A stretch of DNA of 64,000 bases, taken from positions 123,435 to 187,434 of the forward strand of contig CAWGZX010000005.1 of NCBI GenBank assembly GCA_963827135.1, given 5' to 3'. The position numbers and the translations under genes are program-made. A model generated the notes under the pieces. The model did no database searches, had not been told where the DNA came from, and saw only the letters and a list, made by a program, of their open reading frames with translations. This DNA comes from Methanomassiliicoccaceae archaeon. Lineage in GTDB: Archaea; Thermoplasmatota; Thermoplasmata; Methanomassiliicoccales; UBA472. Below are positions 10,111 through 19,249 of the stretch, in pieces. The stretch's first letter is position 1; every line of letters begins with the position of its first letter.

Positions 10111-10822
10111 ATGAAGACGATATATGGCCCGGTGACTTCTTGGCGGATCGGGGAGTGCTTCAACGTCGACCCCATCTGCCGCTCGCCCAAGGTCTGCAGC
10201 TTGGCCTGCACATATTGTAAGTTCGGTTCCTCTGGCTTCGTGACCATCAAGCGTTCGGACATGATCGATCCCGAGGAGTTCTCCGATGAGGTCTCGAGCC
10301 TCACGGTCAAGCAGAAGCGCATCCCAATGAGGTTCAGCGGTAGCGGGGAACCAACATTGGCGAGGAACCTGGGGGACCTGGTAGCCAAGGCCAAAACGGC
10401 GGGCGTGGACAACACTGTGGTGGTCACCAACTCCTCGCTGCTTCATCAATCAGATGTCCGTGAGGACCTCAAGGACGTGGACGTCGTCATCGCCAAGCTC
10501 GACTCCAGCGATGAAAAAGAGTTCCGCGAGATCAACCGCCCTCACCCCGACATCACCTACTCGAAGGTCCTGGAAGGCCTGCGGGCGATGCGCGCTTCGT
10601 TCAAAGGCAGCCTGAGGTTGCAGATCATGCTCATGGAGATCCAACCGTCGTAGCTTGGAAGGGCTGGGAGATGTCTGCAAGGACCTCGCTCCCGATGTCA
10701 TCTACATCAGCACCCCCACCCGGTCCATGAGCTGCGAGCCTCTCCACCGCAAGGTGCTCCTGGATGTAGCGAGGAGGCTTGAGCGCCAAGGTTGCAAGGT
10801 CGAGGTCGAGGGCAAGAAGTGA
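10111..10822 (+). CDS. Radical SAM protein (COG0731-like), interrupted by a +1 frame break near 10640-10650
   Basis: MKTIYGPVTSWRIGE.. with CSLACTYC (CxxxCxxC). Frame 1 stops at TAG 10651. A coherent C-terminus (NRRSLEGLGDVCKDLAPDVIYISTPTR...KVEVEGKK) continues in frame 2 to TGA 10820-10822. Confidence 0.75.
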
Positions 10823-10866
10823 GCCTTAGTTGAAAATGAAGAAGTGTAAGGGGTTTGGCGGTCCAC

Positions 10867-11817
10867 TCAGAGCTTGCACAGCTTGAGCAGCTCGTTCCAC
10901 TTGATGTCGACGTTGGCCTGTATCTCGTCAACGACGAACTTCCACTTATCCTTGGTGAGGTGACCGAACCTGCCTTGCGATTTCAGCCAATCCTGGATGG
11001 GGAGTTTCTGCCTTGACCCCTCGGCTATGCGCAGCGATTCGCCAGTCAACCTCCACGTCCCCCTCTCGAACTCGTAGAGAGGCCAGATGCAGGTCTCGAC
11101 CGCCAGCTTGGATATCTCGATGGTCTTCGCCGACTCGTGCCTCCATCCTCTCGGGCAGGGGGAGATGACGTTGATAAAGGCGGGGCCGTTGGCCTCGAAG
11201 CCCTTCGACGACTTCTCGATCATGTCCTTGTAGTTGTGGGGCGAGGCCTGGGCCGCATAGGGCAGATCGTGGGCGATGATTATCTTGGTGAGGTCCTTGG
11301 GGAACTCGCGCTTGCCTGGCACGCATGTGCCAGCGGGGCAGGTAGTGGTCTGCGCCCCCCTTCCGGTCGCGCCTGACCGCTGGATGCCGGTGTTCATATA
11401 GGCCTCGTTGTTGAGGCAGATGTAAAGGAAGTGGTGGCCTCTCTCTATCGCCCCCGAGATCGCCTGGAAGCCTATATCGTAGGTGGCTCCATCGCCTCCG
11501 AAGGTCACGAACCTGATGTCCTCGGTTATCTTGCCTTGGCGCTTGAGGGACAGGTACGCCGCTTCTACACCGGAGATGGTGGCCGCGGCGTTCTCAAACG
11601 CGCTATGGATCCAGGGCACGTTCCAGGAAGTGAACGGATAGATGGACGAGGACACCTCGAAGCAACCGGTGGCGTTGGAAACAACCACGGGCTTTTCGGT
11701 CGCCATGAGGATCTGGCGGGCGATGATTGGCTCGGCGCATCCGGCGCAGAGGCGATGGCCTTCAACGTAACGGTCTGGCCTCTCCGCAAGCACCTTCAGA
11801 TTGGTGACTGCGCTCAT
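10867..11817 (-). CDS. porB: Pyruvate:ferredoxin oxidoreductase beta subunit (TPP-binding)
   Basis: 316 aa with GDG..N TPP motif. ATGA overlap with porA. Confidence 0.92.
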   Translation of the reverse strand: MSAVTNLKVLAERPDRYVEGHRLCAGCAEPIIARQILMATEKPVVVSNATGCFEVSSSIYPFTSWNVPWIHSAFENAAATISGVEAAYLSLKRQGKITEDIRFVTFGGDGATYDIGFQAISGAIERGHHFLYICLNNEAYMNTGIQRSGATGRGAQTTTCPAGTCVPGKREFPKDLTKIIIAHDLPYAAQASPHNYKDMIEKSSKGFEANGPAFINVISPCPRGWRHESAKTIEISKLAVETCIWPLYEFERGTWRLTGESLRIAEGSRQKLPIQDWLKSQGRFGHLTKDKWKFVVDEIQANVDIKWNELLKLCKL

Positions 11818-12974
11818 GCCCTCACCCCCAGGAAGTTGACGAGCTCTCCCTCGTTGTAGATCAGCTGCTTGTACACGTGCTTCAGCTCCTCGGGCTTGAT
11901 GTCCCTCCCTCCCAGTCCGTAGATGTAATTCTTCAGCTTGGGCCTCTCTCTCGCGTCGTACAGAGCGCTCCTGACCTCGGGGAACAGGGGGCCTGAGGCG
12001 CCGATGCTCACTGCTCGGTCGAGGACCGCCACTCCCTTCAGGCCTTCCAACGTCTTGGCCAGCTCCTGGGCGGGGAAGGGCCGGAACAGGCGGAGCTTGA
12101 TGCTTCCCACTTTCTTGCCATCCGCCCTGAGCTCGTCCACGATGTCCTTCAGCGTGCCTGCGGTGGAACCCATGGCCACCACCGCATAGTCAGCGTCCTC
12201 CAGACGATAAGGCTCGATGATGTTGTACCTGCGCCCAGATACCTTGGCGAAGTCCTCCTGGACCTGATCTATCACCGGTATCACATGACGCATGGCGTCG
12301 ACCTGCTGGTACTTGTGCTCGAAGTAGTAATCGGTCCAGTCGAAGGGGCCGAAGGTGGTGGGGTTCTTGATGTCCAGCAAGGATCTCTTGTACTTGAATG
12401 GACCCACATACTTCTTTACCACCTCATCTGGCAGAGGCTCGAATCTCTCCAGCGAGTGGGTGAGGATGAACCCGTCCAAGCAGGTCATGGTCGGCAGGCG
12501 GATGTCCATGTGTTCGGCGATGCGGAAGGCCATGACGGCGTTGTCGTAGGACTCCTGCACGTTCTCCCCGAAAATCTGTATCCAGCCTGAGTCGCGGGCG
12601 CCCATGGCATCGCTGTGGTCGCAATGGATGTTGATCGGGCCGGAGAGGGCGCGGTTGGCCACTGCCATGACGATGGGGAGCCTCATTCCCGAGGCGATGT
12701 AGAGCATCTCCCACATGAAGGCAAGCCCGGCCGATGCCGTGGCCGTGGCCGTGCGGGCTCCTGCCGCTGAGGCCCCGATGCACATCGACATGGCGCTGTG
12801 CTCGGACTCGGCACACACATACTCAGTGTTCACTAGCCCGTCAGCTACGAACTCGGAGAATGCCTCCACGATAATCGTCTGCGGAGTTATGGGGTAGGCA
12901 GCCACCACGTCCGGGTCTATCTGCTTCCAGGCGAGGGCGATCACCTGGTCTCCGTTCATCGCGAATTTCTCCAT
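11814..12974 (-). CDS. porA: Pyruvate:ferredoxin oxidoreductase alpha subunit
   Basis: 386 aa, typical PorA. The start abuts the porD TAG stop. Confidence 0.92.
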   Translation of the reverse strand: MEKFAMNGDQVIALAWKQIDPDVVAAYPITPQTIIVEAFSEFVADGLVNTEYVCAESEHSAMSMCIGASAAGARTATATASAGLAFMWEMLYIASGMRLPIVMAVANRALSGPINIHCDHSDAMGARDSGWIQIFGENVQESYDNAVMAFRIAEHMDIRLPTMTCLDGFILTHSLERFEPLPDEVVKKYVGPFKYKRSLLDIKNPTTFGPFDWTDYYFEHKYQQVDAMRHVIPVIDQVQEDFAKVSGRRYNIIEPYRLEDADYAVVAMGSTAGTLKDIVDELRADGKKVGSIKLRLFRPFPAQELAKTLEGLKGVAVLDRAVSIGASGPLFPEVRSALYDARERPKLKNYIYGLGGRDIKPEELKHVYKQLIYNEGELVNFLGVRA

Positions 12975-13256
12975 CTACACTCCCTCCTCGACCATCTTTA
13001 TGCATTTTGCAGGGCACTGATTGGCGCAGATCCCGCACCCCTTGCAGTGCGTCAGCTTGAAACCGACCCTCTTGCCATCCTTGACGATGATGCTGTTGTC
13101 AGGACAGTAGATCCAGCAGACAAGGCAGTTGGTGCACTTGCTCTCGTCGCACACCGGTCGCATGGACCTCCAATCTCCGGTGTTGTACTTCCTGGAGGAC
13201 CCTGCCTCAAGGATCATACCACCCTCTGGCAGCTCCCCGGCCTTCTCACCCGCCAT
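12975..13256 (-). CDS. porD: Pyruvate:ferredoxin oxidoreductase delta subunit (2x[4Fe-4S])
   Basis: 93 aa with CTNCLVCWIYCP and CKGCGICANQCP. Confidence 0.9.
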   Translation of the reverse strand: MAGEKAGELPEGGMILEAGSSRKYNTGDWRSMRPVCDESKCTNCLVCWIYCPDNSIIVKDGKRVGFKLTHCKGCGICANQCPAKCIKMVEEGV

Positions 13257-13829
13257 CTACTGCACCTCCTCGTAAGCTCGGACAACCGCCCGTATGTTCT
13301 TGTTGACAACTTCCTGGTTGAACTTGCCCGCGAACCTCGCGGCAAGCTCGGCCGTGATGGTGTTGATGTCGACCATCTTAGACACTTTGACCAAGGCGCC
13401 CAGCATGGCCGTGTTGGCCATTGGCCGACCGATCTCTTCCGTCGAAATCTTCGTAGCGTTCACCGCATAGACATGATGGTTGCCGAACATCGCCTTGAGC
13501 TTCTCCTTGGTATCAGGATAGTTCACGATTACGCTGCTCTTCTCGGTAAGCCCCTCCTTGACCATAGGGTTGCTGAGCAGCGTATGGTCCAGAACGACCA
13601 CGAAATTTGGATAGTAAACCTGGCTGTGATTGTTGATGGGCTTATCCGAAATCCTGGCGAAAGCCCTGATGGGCGCGCCCATCCTCTCTGGACCGAACTC
13701 CGGGAAGGCCTTGATGTACTTGCCCTCCTTGAGCGCAGCACCGGCCAGTATCTCGTTCGCTGTTACGACACCTTGTCCGCCCCTGCCATGCCATCTGATC
13801 TCGACTGTGCTCACGTGAAACACTCTCAC
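13257..13829 (-). CDS. porG: Pyruvate:ferredoxin oxidoreductase gamma subunit
   Basis: EIRWHGRGGQGVVTA motif. All candidate starts are GTG (13871, 13829, 13814). 13829 is preferred because GGAGG lies 5 nt upstream and a TATA-like element is at about 13889-13898. Confidence 0.85.
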   Translation of the reverse strand: MRVFHVSTVEIRWHGRGGQGVVTANEILAGAALKEGKYIKAFPEFGPERMGAPIRAFARISDKPINNHSQVYYPNFVVVLDHTLLSNPMVKEGLTEKSSVIVNYPDTKEKLKAMFGNHHVYAVNATKISTEEIGRPMANTAMLGALVKVSKMVDINTITAELAARFAGKFNQEVVNKNIRAVVRAYEEVQ

Positions 13830-13878
13830 GCCTGCCTCCCAGTAACTAATGATATTATTTGAAGATTTCACTCGAATG

Positions 13879-13917
13879 CTACGAAAGACATAAAATTTCC
13901 TACGAAACTACGGAAAG
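13879..13917 (-). promoter_or_regulatory. por promoter region: three CTACGRAA(A) direct repeats flanking a TATA-like AAATTTTATG
   Basis: CTACGAAAG 13879-13887, CTACGAAAC 13900-13908, CTACGGAAAG 13908-17. The AT box lies at 13889-13898. Confidence 0.35.
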
Positions 13918-14287
13918 TGCCCTATGGAATACGATTCTCAGAGCATCTTTTATAATGAAAAGATTAGATTGAATGAAGTGAAACGGGAGCATAGGGAGGG
14001 CATTTCCTGCGATTTACCGCACAAATGCGCTGCGTTCGCCCTAACTTGTGCTCACGTGGCCTCTTGATCGTAGTACTTAAAGACAAAAGCAACCTTTCAG
14101 GCTTACAAGCAAGTCCTATCGGACTCTGAGCGATCGACATATGAAAACCTCTGGCAGTTCATCATCTCCTTCCGACCGCCAATAAGGTTAATACCGATGA
14201 GTTTATTCGACCATCGCGTCATGTCATCTGGGGGCTGCGGCACTCCGCAATCCTCGCGAAAACCCTTCTGACCACCTTGGTGAGGCA

Positions 14288-16588
14288 ATGAAGAGGATAA
14301 TGAACATCGCGGAATTGGGAGTGAACGACATACCTATCGCTGGCGGCAAGGCCGCTAACCTAGGGGAGCTCATGTCGGCCGGTTTCAACGTCCCTGGCGG
14401 TTTTGTATTGACCACGGTCGCCTATGACTACTTCTTGGAGAAGAACGACCTAATCTCGAAGATCTCACCCCTCCTCGAAAAGGTCGATGCCACCTCGGAG
14501 GCGTCATTGCAGGACTGCTCGCAGAGGATCCGCAAGGCCTTCGACGGAGCCAAGGTACCAGAGGACCTGGGGTTCGAGATCCTCAAGGAATTCCACTCCC
14601 TCTTCGAGTCCAAGAAGAAATTAGGCTTGGTTGCGGTGCGCTCCAGCGCCACCGCCGAGGACCTGCCCACCGCTTCTTTCGCTGGGCAGCAGGACACGTT
14701 CCTCAACGTCTATGAGCCGGACGATCTGATCGACAAGGTGAAGAAGTGCTGGTCCTCGCTCTTCACCCCCCGGGCCATCTCCTACCGCACCAGCAAGGGC
14801 TTCGAGCACTCGAAGGTGAAGCTCGCCGTTGTGGTGCAGAAGATGGTCAACTCGGAGGTGGCTGGAATCATGTTCACGGTCGACCCCAACTCGGAGCTGC
14901 CGCACATCATCGTCGAAGCGGGCTATGGATTGGGAGAGGCCATCGTCGGCGGCAAGGTTACACCTGACACCTACGTCGTGGACAAGTTCCACACCAAGAT
15001 CATCAACAAACGGGTGGCCAAGCAGACCTGGAAGCTCGTCCGTGGAAAAACTGGAGACACCGTCAAGGCGGACGTCGCCCCGAGCGACGCAGAGAAGCAG
15101 AAGCTCACCGACGAGCAGATCCTAGAGATCGCTGACGTCGGCAATCAGATCGAGCTCCATTACAACAAGCCCATGGATATCGAATGGTGCTTGGAGGATG
15201 GCGATTTCTACGTCGTCCAGGCGCGGCCTGTGACCACGCTCAGCAGCAATGGAGGTAAGAAGATGGCTGATAAGGGCAAAGAGCAGAAGGAGTCGGGCAA
15301 GATCATCCTCAAGGGCTTGGCGGCGAGCCCGGGCTTGGCCTCCGGTCCAGTGCGGCTCTATAAGGAGGAAGAGAGCCTGGACGTGGTGAAGAAGGGTGAC
15401 ATCCTGGTCACGGTGATGACCTCACCGGACATGGTCCCGGCCATGACCCGGGCGGCGGCCATCATCACGGACGAGGGAGGCATGACCTGCCATGCGGCCA
15501 TTGTCGCCAGGGAGTTGGGCACCCCTTGCATCGTGGGTGCCAAGGAGGCCACCGCCCTGCTCAAGGAAGGCATGATGGTCACGGTGGATGGTGCCCGCGG
15601 TGTGGTCATCGAGGGCGAGCTAGAGAAGAAAGAAGAGGAGAAGGCGACCGCGACAGTGGCCATGAGTGTGCCAGTGACGGCTACCAAGATCATGGTCAAC
15701 GTGGCCATCCCGCATAAGGCCGACGAATACTCCAAGTTGCCAGTGTCGGGCGTGGGCCTGATGCGCATCGAGTTCCTCTTCACCTCCTTCATCGGGGAGC
15801 ACCCCTCCCACATGGTGGAGCAGGGCCGCTCGAAGGAGCTCGTGGACAAGCTCTCAGATGGAATAGCCATCGTGGGCCGGGCGTTCTTCCCCCGCCCCAT
15901 CATCCTCAGGCTGAGCGACTTCAAGACCAACGAGTACAGGGATATGCCAGGTGGCGAGAAGTATGAGCCTCCAGAGCAGAACCCGATGATCGGATGGCGC
16001 GGATGCTCCCGCTATGTCAGCGACTCATACCGCGAGGCGTTCAAATGCGAGCTGCTTGCGGTCAAGAAGGTGCGCGAGGAGATGAACCTGAAGAACGTCT
16101 GGGTCATGCTGCCCTTCGTGCGCACCGTTGGGGAGGTCAAGGAGATCACCGCCATGATGGAGGTGATCGGCCTCAGGCGCGGTTACGACTTCAAGCTCTA
16201 CCTCATGGCCGAGGTCCCGGTAATCATCTTCATGGCCGAGGAGTTCGCCGATATCTGCGATGGCTTCTCCATCGGCTCCAACGACCTCACGCAGCTGATC
16301 ATGGGCGCCGACCGCGACTCGGACGTCTTGGCCAAGATGGGGTACTTCGATGAGAGGCAAGAGGCCATCAAACGCGCCATCGCGCACCTGATCGAGGCGG
16401 CGCACAAGAAGGGCGTCCCGGTCGGCATCTGTGGGCAGGCGCCCAGCGTCTACCCGGAGTTCACCGAGTTCCTGGTACGTTGCGGCATAGACTCGATATC
16501 GCTCAACCCCGATACCGTGGTCAAGACCATCGGCATGGTGGCCTCGGTGGAACAGCGCATCATCCTGGAATCGTTGAGGAAGCGCTGA
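14288..16588 (+). CDS. ppsA: Phosphoenolpyruvate synthase (pyruvate, water dikinase)
   Basis: 766 aa with ATP-grasp N-terminus, phosphohistidine motif GGMTCHAAIVARE and a PEP-utilizing C-terminus. Confidence 0.95.
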   Translation: MKRIMNIAELGVNDIPIAGGKAANLGELMSAGFNVPGGFVLTTVAYDYFLEKNDLISKISPLLEKVDATSEASLQDCSQRIRKAFDGAKVPEDLGFEILKEFHSLFESKKKLGLVAVRSSATAEDLPTASFAGQQDTFLNVYEPDDLIDKVKKCWSSLFTPRAISYRTSKGFEHSKVKLAVVVQKMVNSEVAGIMFTVDPNSELPHIIVEAGYGLGEAIVGGKVTPDTYVVDKFHTKIINKRVAKQTWKLVRGKTGDTVKADVAPSDAEKQKLTDEQILEIADVGNQIELHYNKPMDIEWCLEDGDFYVVQARPVTTLSSNGGKKMADKGKEQKESGKIILKGLAASPGLASGPVRLYKEEESLDVVKKGDILVTVMTSPDMVPAMTRAAAIITDEGGMTCHAAIVARELGTPCIVGAKEATALLKEGMMVTVDGARGVVIEGELEKKEEEKATATVAMSVPVTATKIMVNVAIPHKADEYSKLPVSGVGLMRIEFLFTSFIGEHPSHMVEQGRSKELVDKLSDGIAIVGRAFFPRPIILRLSDFKTNEYRDMPGGEKYEPPEQNPMIGWRGCSRYVSDSYREAFKCELLAVKKVREEMNLKNVWVMLPFVRTVGEVKEITAMMEVIGLRRGYDFKLYLMAEVPVIIFMAEEFADICDGFSIGSNDLTQLIMGADRDSDVLAKMGYFDERQEAIKRAIAHLIEAAHKKGVPVGICGQAPSVYPEFTEFLVRCGIDSISLNPDTVVKTIGMVASVEQRIILESLRKR

Positions 16589-16598
16589 GCCCAAACCA

Positions 16599-16628
16599 CT
16601 TAAAAAATCATTATTTTATATATTTTCT
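16599..16628. terminator. AT-rich bidirectional termination region between convergent ppsA and the CBS-ParB gene
   Basis: T-tracts occur on both strands within the 44-nt convergent spacer. Confidence 0.3.
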
Positions 16629-16632
16629 AATA

Positions 16633-17436
16633 TCACTGCCCTTCGTCCTTCAATAGGCGGGTGGTTATCTCCACCAGGGGATGGTGCGCACCTTCGATTA
16701 TCCTGACATCGTCCAAGGTCCTGAGGCCGTGCTCCCTTGCGGTCTTCTCCATGCCCAGGTCCACGTCCCGATCCGGTTGCAGGACCACGGCCGAGAACTG
16801 CTTCACACCCATCTGCTTGGCGCCCAGCACCCGGTGGTGTCCGTCGACCAGAAGGTAGTAGTCGGACTTCTGCACCACGATAATCGGCTCGACCAAGCCC
16901 CGGCGGATCTCCTCCTGGCGGCCGAGGAGCTCATCGGCGAAGACCTCCCATTGGGTTGGTCTCAGTTCATCGATAGGGATCACGCGCCGCTTGACCGTGA
17001 TGTTGATCCCGTGCTTCTTCTCCAGGAAGGTCTTGACCATGAGCACCTTGTTGGGCGTGGCCCTCTCGATGTGCGACCTGACCACATCAAGGTTGGAGAT
17101 GATTCCGATGAGGGTGCCCCTCTCGTTGATCACGGGGACGTTGCGCAACCCATAACGGAAGAGGATCCTGGCCGCGTCGTCCAGATCCATTTCCGGGCTC
17201 ACCGAGTAGGTCCCCTTGCGGATGATGGCGCGTATCTTGGCCTCTGGCTTGGTTATGTTCCTGAGCAGCTCCTTGGCCGTGATGAAGCCGATCAGCCGGC
17301 CCTTGTCTGTGACAGGGAGCCCGTGGAACTCGGTATTGATTAGCTTGTCGATGGCCTGCTGAACGGTGAAATCCCCGGGTATGGAGATGACGTCCCGGAT
17401 CATGTAGTCCTCGACCTTGAGCTTCCTGTCCTCCAT
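16633..17436 (-). CDS. CBS-pair domain protein fused to a ParB/sulfiredoxin-like domain
   Basis: Two CBS repeats at the N-terminus. The C-terminus has ..IPIDELRPTQ.. and LLVDGHHRVLGA (DGHHR ParB/Srx motif). Confidence 0.75.
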   Translation of the reverse strand: MEDRKLKVEDYMIRDVISIPGDFTVQQAIDKLINTEFHGLPVTDKGRLIGFITAKELLRNITKPEAKIRAIIRKGTYSVSPEMDLDDAARILFRYGLRNVPVINERGTLIGIISNLDVVRSHIERATPNKVLMVKTFLEKKHGINITVKRRVIPIDELRPTQWEVFADELLGRQEEIRRGLVEPIIVVQKSDYYLLVDGHHRVLGAKQMGVKQFSAVVLQPDRDVDLGMEKTAREHGLRTLDDVRIIEGAHHPLVEITTRLLKDEGQ

Positions 17437-17561
17437 GCCGGACTCGATTGCTTACATCGATAAAGAGTTTGCATTCAACCTATCACATGAGAGAATGCCC
17501 CCAGGGAGGCGGATCGAGCACCGACCAGAGAGGCAGGCACCGCGCCGTCATACCTCAACTG

Positions 17562-17569
17562 ATAAATAG
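17562..17569 (+). promoter_or_regulatory. TATA-like box for tRNA-Asp
   Basis: ATAAATAG is centred about 32 nt upstream of the mature tRNA 5' end. A second AT box lies at 17573-17580. Confidence 0.35.
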
Positions 17570-17597
17570 GACTAATTTATTCTGGAGACCACCGCAT

Positions 17598-17670
17598 GCC
17601 CTGGTAGTGTAGCGGCCTATCATGAAGCCCTGTCGAGGCTTCGACTCGGGTTCAAATCCCGACCAGGGCG
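17598..17670 (+). tRNA. tRNA-Asp (anticodon GTC); CCA follows at 17671-17673
   Basis: Hand-folded. Acceptor GCCCTGG/CCAGGGC, anticodon stem AAGCC/GGCTT with loop CTGTCGA, T-arm TCGGG-TTCAAAT-CCCGA. Confidence 0.9.
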
Positions 17671-17714
17671 CCATTCTTTTTCCCCATTCTGATGGAGGCC
17701 TTCGATCCTTGAGC

Positions 17715-18797
17715 TCACTTGATGAGCGGCAGGACCTCGTCCTTCAACCGGCGGATGGTCTCGTCGACCTCTCCAGGGACCTCCTCGGGTTCTGGCATCC
17801 CCTGACGGTCGTGCAGCGCCTCCCAGGCCTGCCTATCCTTGGGGTAGATGCCGGAGATGGTGCAGAACATGATGGCCCAGCAGCGCGGGACCGCCTCCAG
17901 ATTGTAGCCGCCCCCGCCCACCACCATGTACTGGCCATGACAGAGCTTGTGCGCTGCGTCGTGGGTCATCTTGGCGACGCCCTCGTAGGCGTGGGTGGTC
18001 AGGCCAAGCCCGACCAGCGGGTCGGAGAAGTGAGCGTCGACCCCGAACTGGTGCACGATCATGTCCGGACGATACTCTTCCAAGGCCGCGAGCACGATCT
18101 CCCTGTATGCCTTCAGGTAGGTCTGGTCCCCGGTGCGCAAGGGCAGCGGCACGTTGATGGCGTATCCCTTCCCGAAGCCCTCGCCCACCTCCTTGGTCTT
18201 GCCCGTTCCAGGGTAGAAGCCGGTGCTTAGATGGTGCAAGGAGACGGTGAGTATCTTCTCGTTGTAGAAGACGGATTGCGTCCCGTCTCCATGATGCCCG
18301 TCTATGTCGATGATGGCCACACGCTCCTTCTTGAAGCGGCGCTGCAGCGCCCTCACCGCCACCGCGATGTCGTTGAAGACGCAGAAGCCTGATGAGCACT
18401 CGGAGCGAGCGTGGTGCAGGCCCCCGGCAGGATTGAAGGCGTGGAGGAACCTTCCATTGACGATCCCCTCCACCCCGTCCAGGGTGGCCCCGACGGCGGC
18501 CAGGCTGCCTTCGAACAAGGTCTCGGTGGCTGGGGTGTCTCCCCGGTCGAGGAGCCCTCCGCCCGATTTGCAGCGCGTCTTGACGAAGTCGATGTGCTGC
18601 TGGCTATGGACCATGAGCAGGTCCTGCTCCGTGGCCGGATGGGTCTTGTAGATGATGGCGCTTTCACCGAAGATGCCCATGCCCTTCAACAGTTGCATGG
18701 TCTTCCAGTCGCGCTGAGGCTGCCAGGGGTGGTTTTCCCCGAAGTAGTACTTGGGGAATTCCTCGTTGTACAGGAAAGCGCAATGGTCCCCGGTCAT
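17715..18797 (-). CDS. Histone deacetylase family protein (AcuC/acetylpolyamine amidohydrolase-like)
   Basis: GGLHHA, DIDGHHGDG and other HDAC Zn-site motifs. ATG 18797 preceded by GGTGG; the ORF-track start 18806 is GTG within that SD. Confidence 0.88.
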   Translation of the reverse strand: MTGDHCAFLYNEEFPKYYFGENHPWQPQRDWKTMQLLKGMGIFGESAIIYKTHPATEQDLLMVHSQQHIDFVKTRCKSGGGLLDRGDTPATETLFEGSLAAVGATLDGVEGIVNGRFLHAFNPAGGLHHARSECSSGFCVFNDIAVAVRALQRRFKKERVAIIDIDGHHGDGTQSVFYNEKILTVSLHHLSTGFYPGTGKTKEVGEGFGKGYAINVPLPLRTGDQTYLKAYREIVLAALEEYRPDMIVHQFGVDAHFSDPLVGLGLTTHAYEGVAKMTHDAAHKLCHGQYMVVGGGGYNLEAVPRCWAIMFCTISGIYPKDRQAWEALHDRQGMPEPEEVPGEVDETIRRLKDEVLPLIK

Positions 18798-18866
18798 AGG
18801 AGCCACCTTAAAGTTAGGGTAATATAAATCCCTGAGGGAGGCTTAAGACAATCGTCGAAGCCCCCC

Positions 18867-19196
18867 TTATTCGACGAAATGCATACAGAGGGACCTCTTC
18901 TTCAAGGCCAGGGACCTGGAGATCATGCCGAGCTCGACCCAGGCGCAGTTCATTATCGCTGTGGGCACCAGGCAGGTGGTGGTGAGCCCTGAGCGCGAGG
19001 CCAGATCGAAGATGCGATTGTTGTTCCATTCGGTCAGGTCGTCCATGTTGGCCTCCTTCAGCAGCTTGGCGAAGTGGGCCACGCTCGGGCACTCCGAATC
19101 GATCTCGACGGAGACCCTGCCCTCGCCGATGTCCTTCACGGTTATCAGAGTGGTATGCGTGCATATGGGCACCTCCACCCTTACCTTGGAGACCAT
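18867..19196 (-). CDS. Hypothetical small Cys-containing protein (109 aa), last gene of the ABC uptake operon
   Basis: ATG with GGTG upstream, on the same strand 53 nt after the ATPase gene. No domain recognised. Confidence 0.45.
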   Translation of the reverse strand: MVSKVRVEVPICTHTTLITVKDIGEGRVSVEIDSECPSVAHFAKLLKEANMDDLTEWNNNRIFDLASRSGLTTTCLVPTAIMNCAWVELGMISRSLALKKRSLCMHFVE

Positions 19197-19249
19197 TCCA
19201 GCACCTGGATTGGGAACGTGGTCCCGGATATAAAGAATCGCTCGAGCCC

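Noticed and set aside
12975-13259. In-frame TAG junctions (porG-TAG-ATG-porD, porD-TAG-ATG-porA, SBP-TAG-rSAM at 21831, panD-TAG-rnhA at 23873) as possible pyrrolysine/amber read-through fusions.
   Set aside because: TAG terminates many unrelated genes here (nitroreductase, DUF3795, both VIT-like genes, the 454-aa protein, Zn-ribbon proteins). It therefore behaves as an ordinary stop, the proposed fusions make no topological sense, and no Pyl genes are seen in the window.
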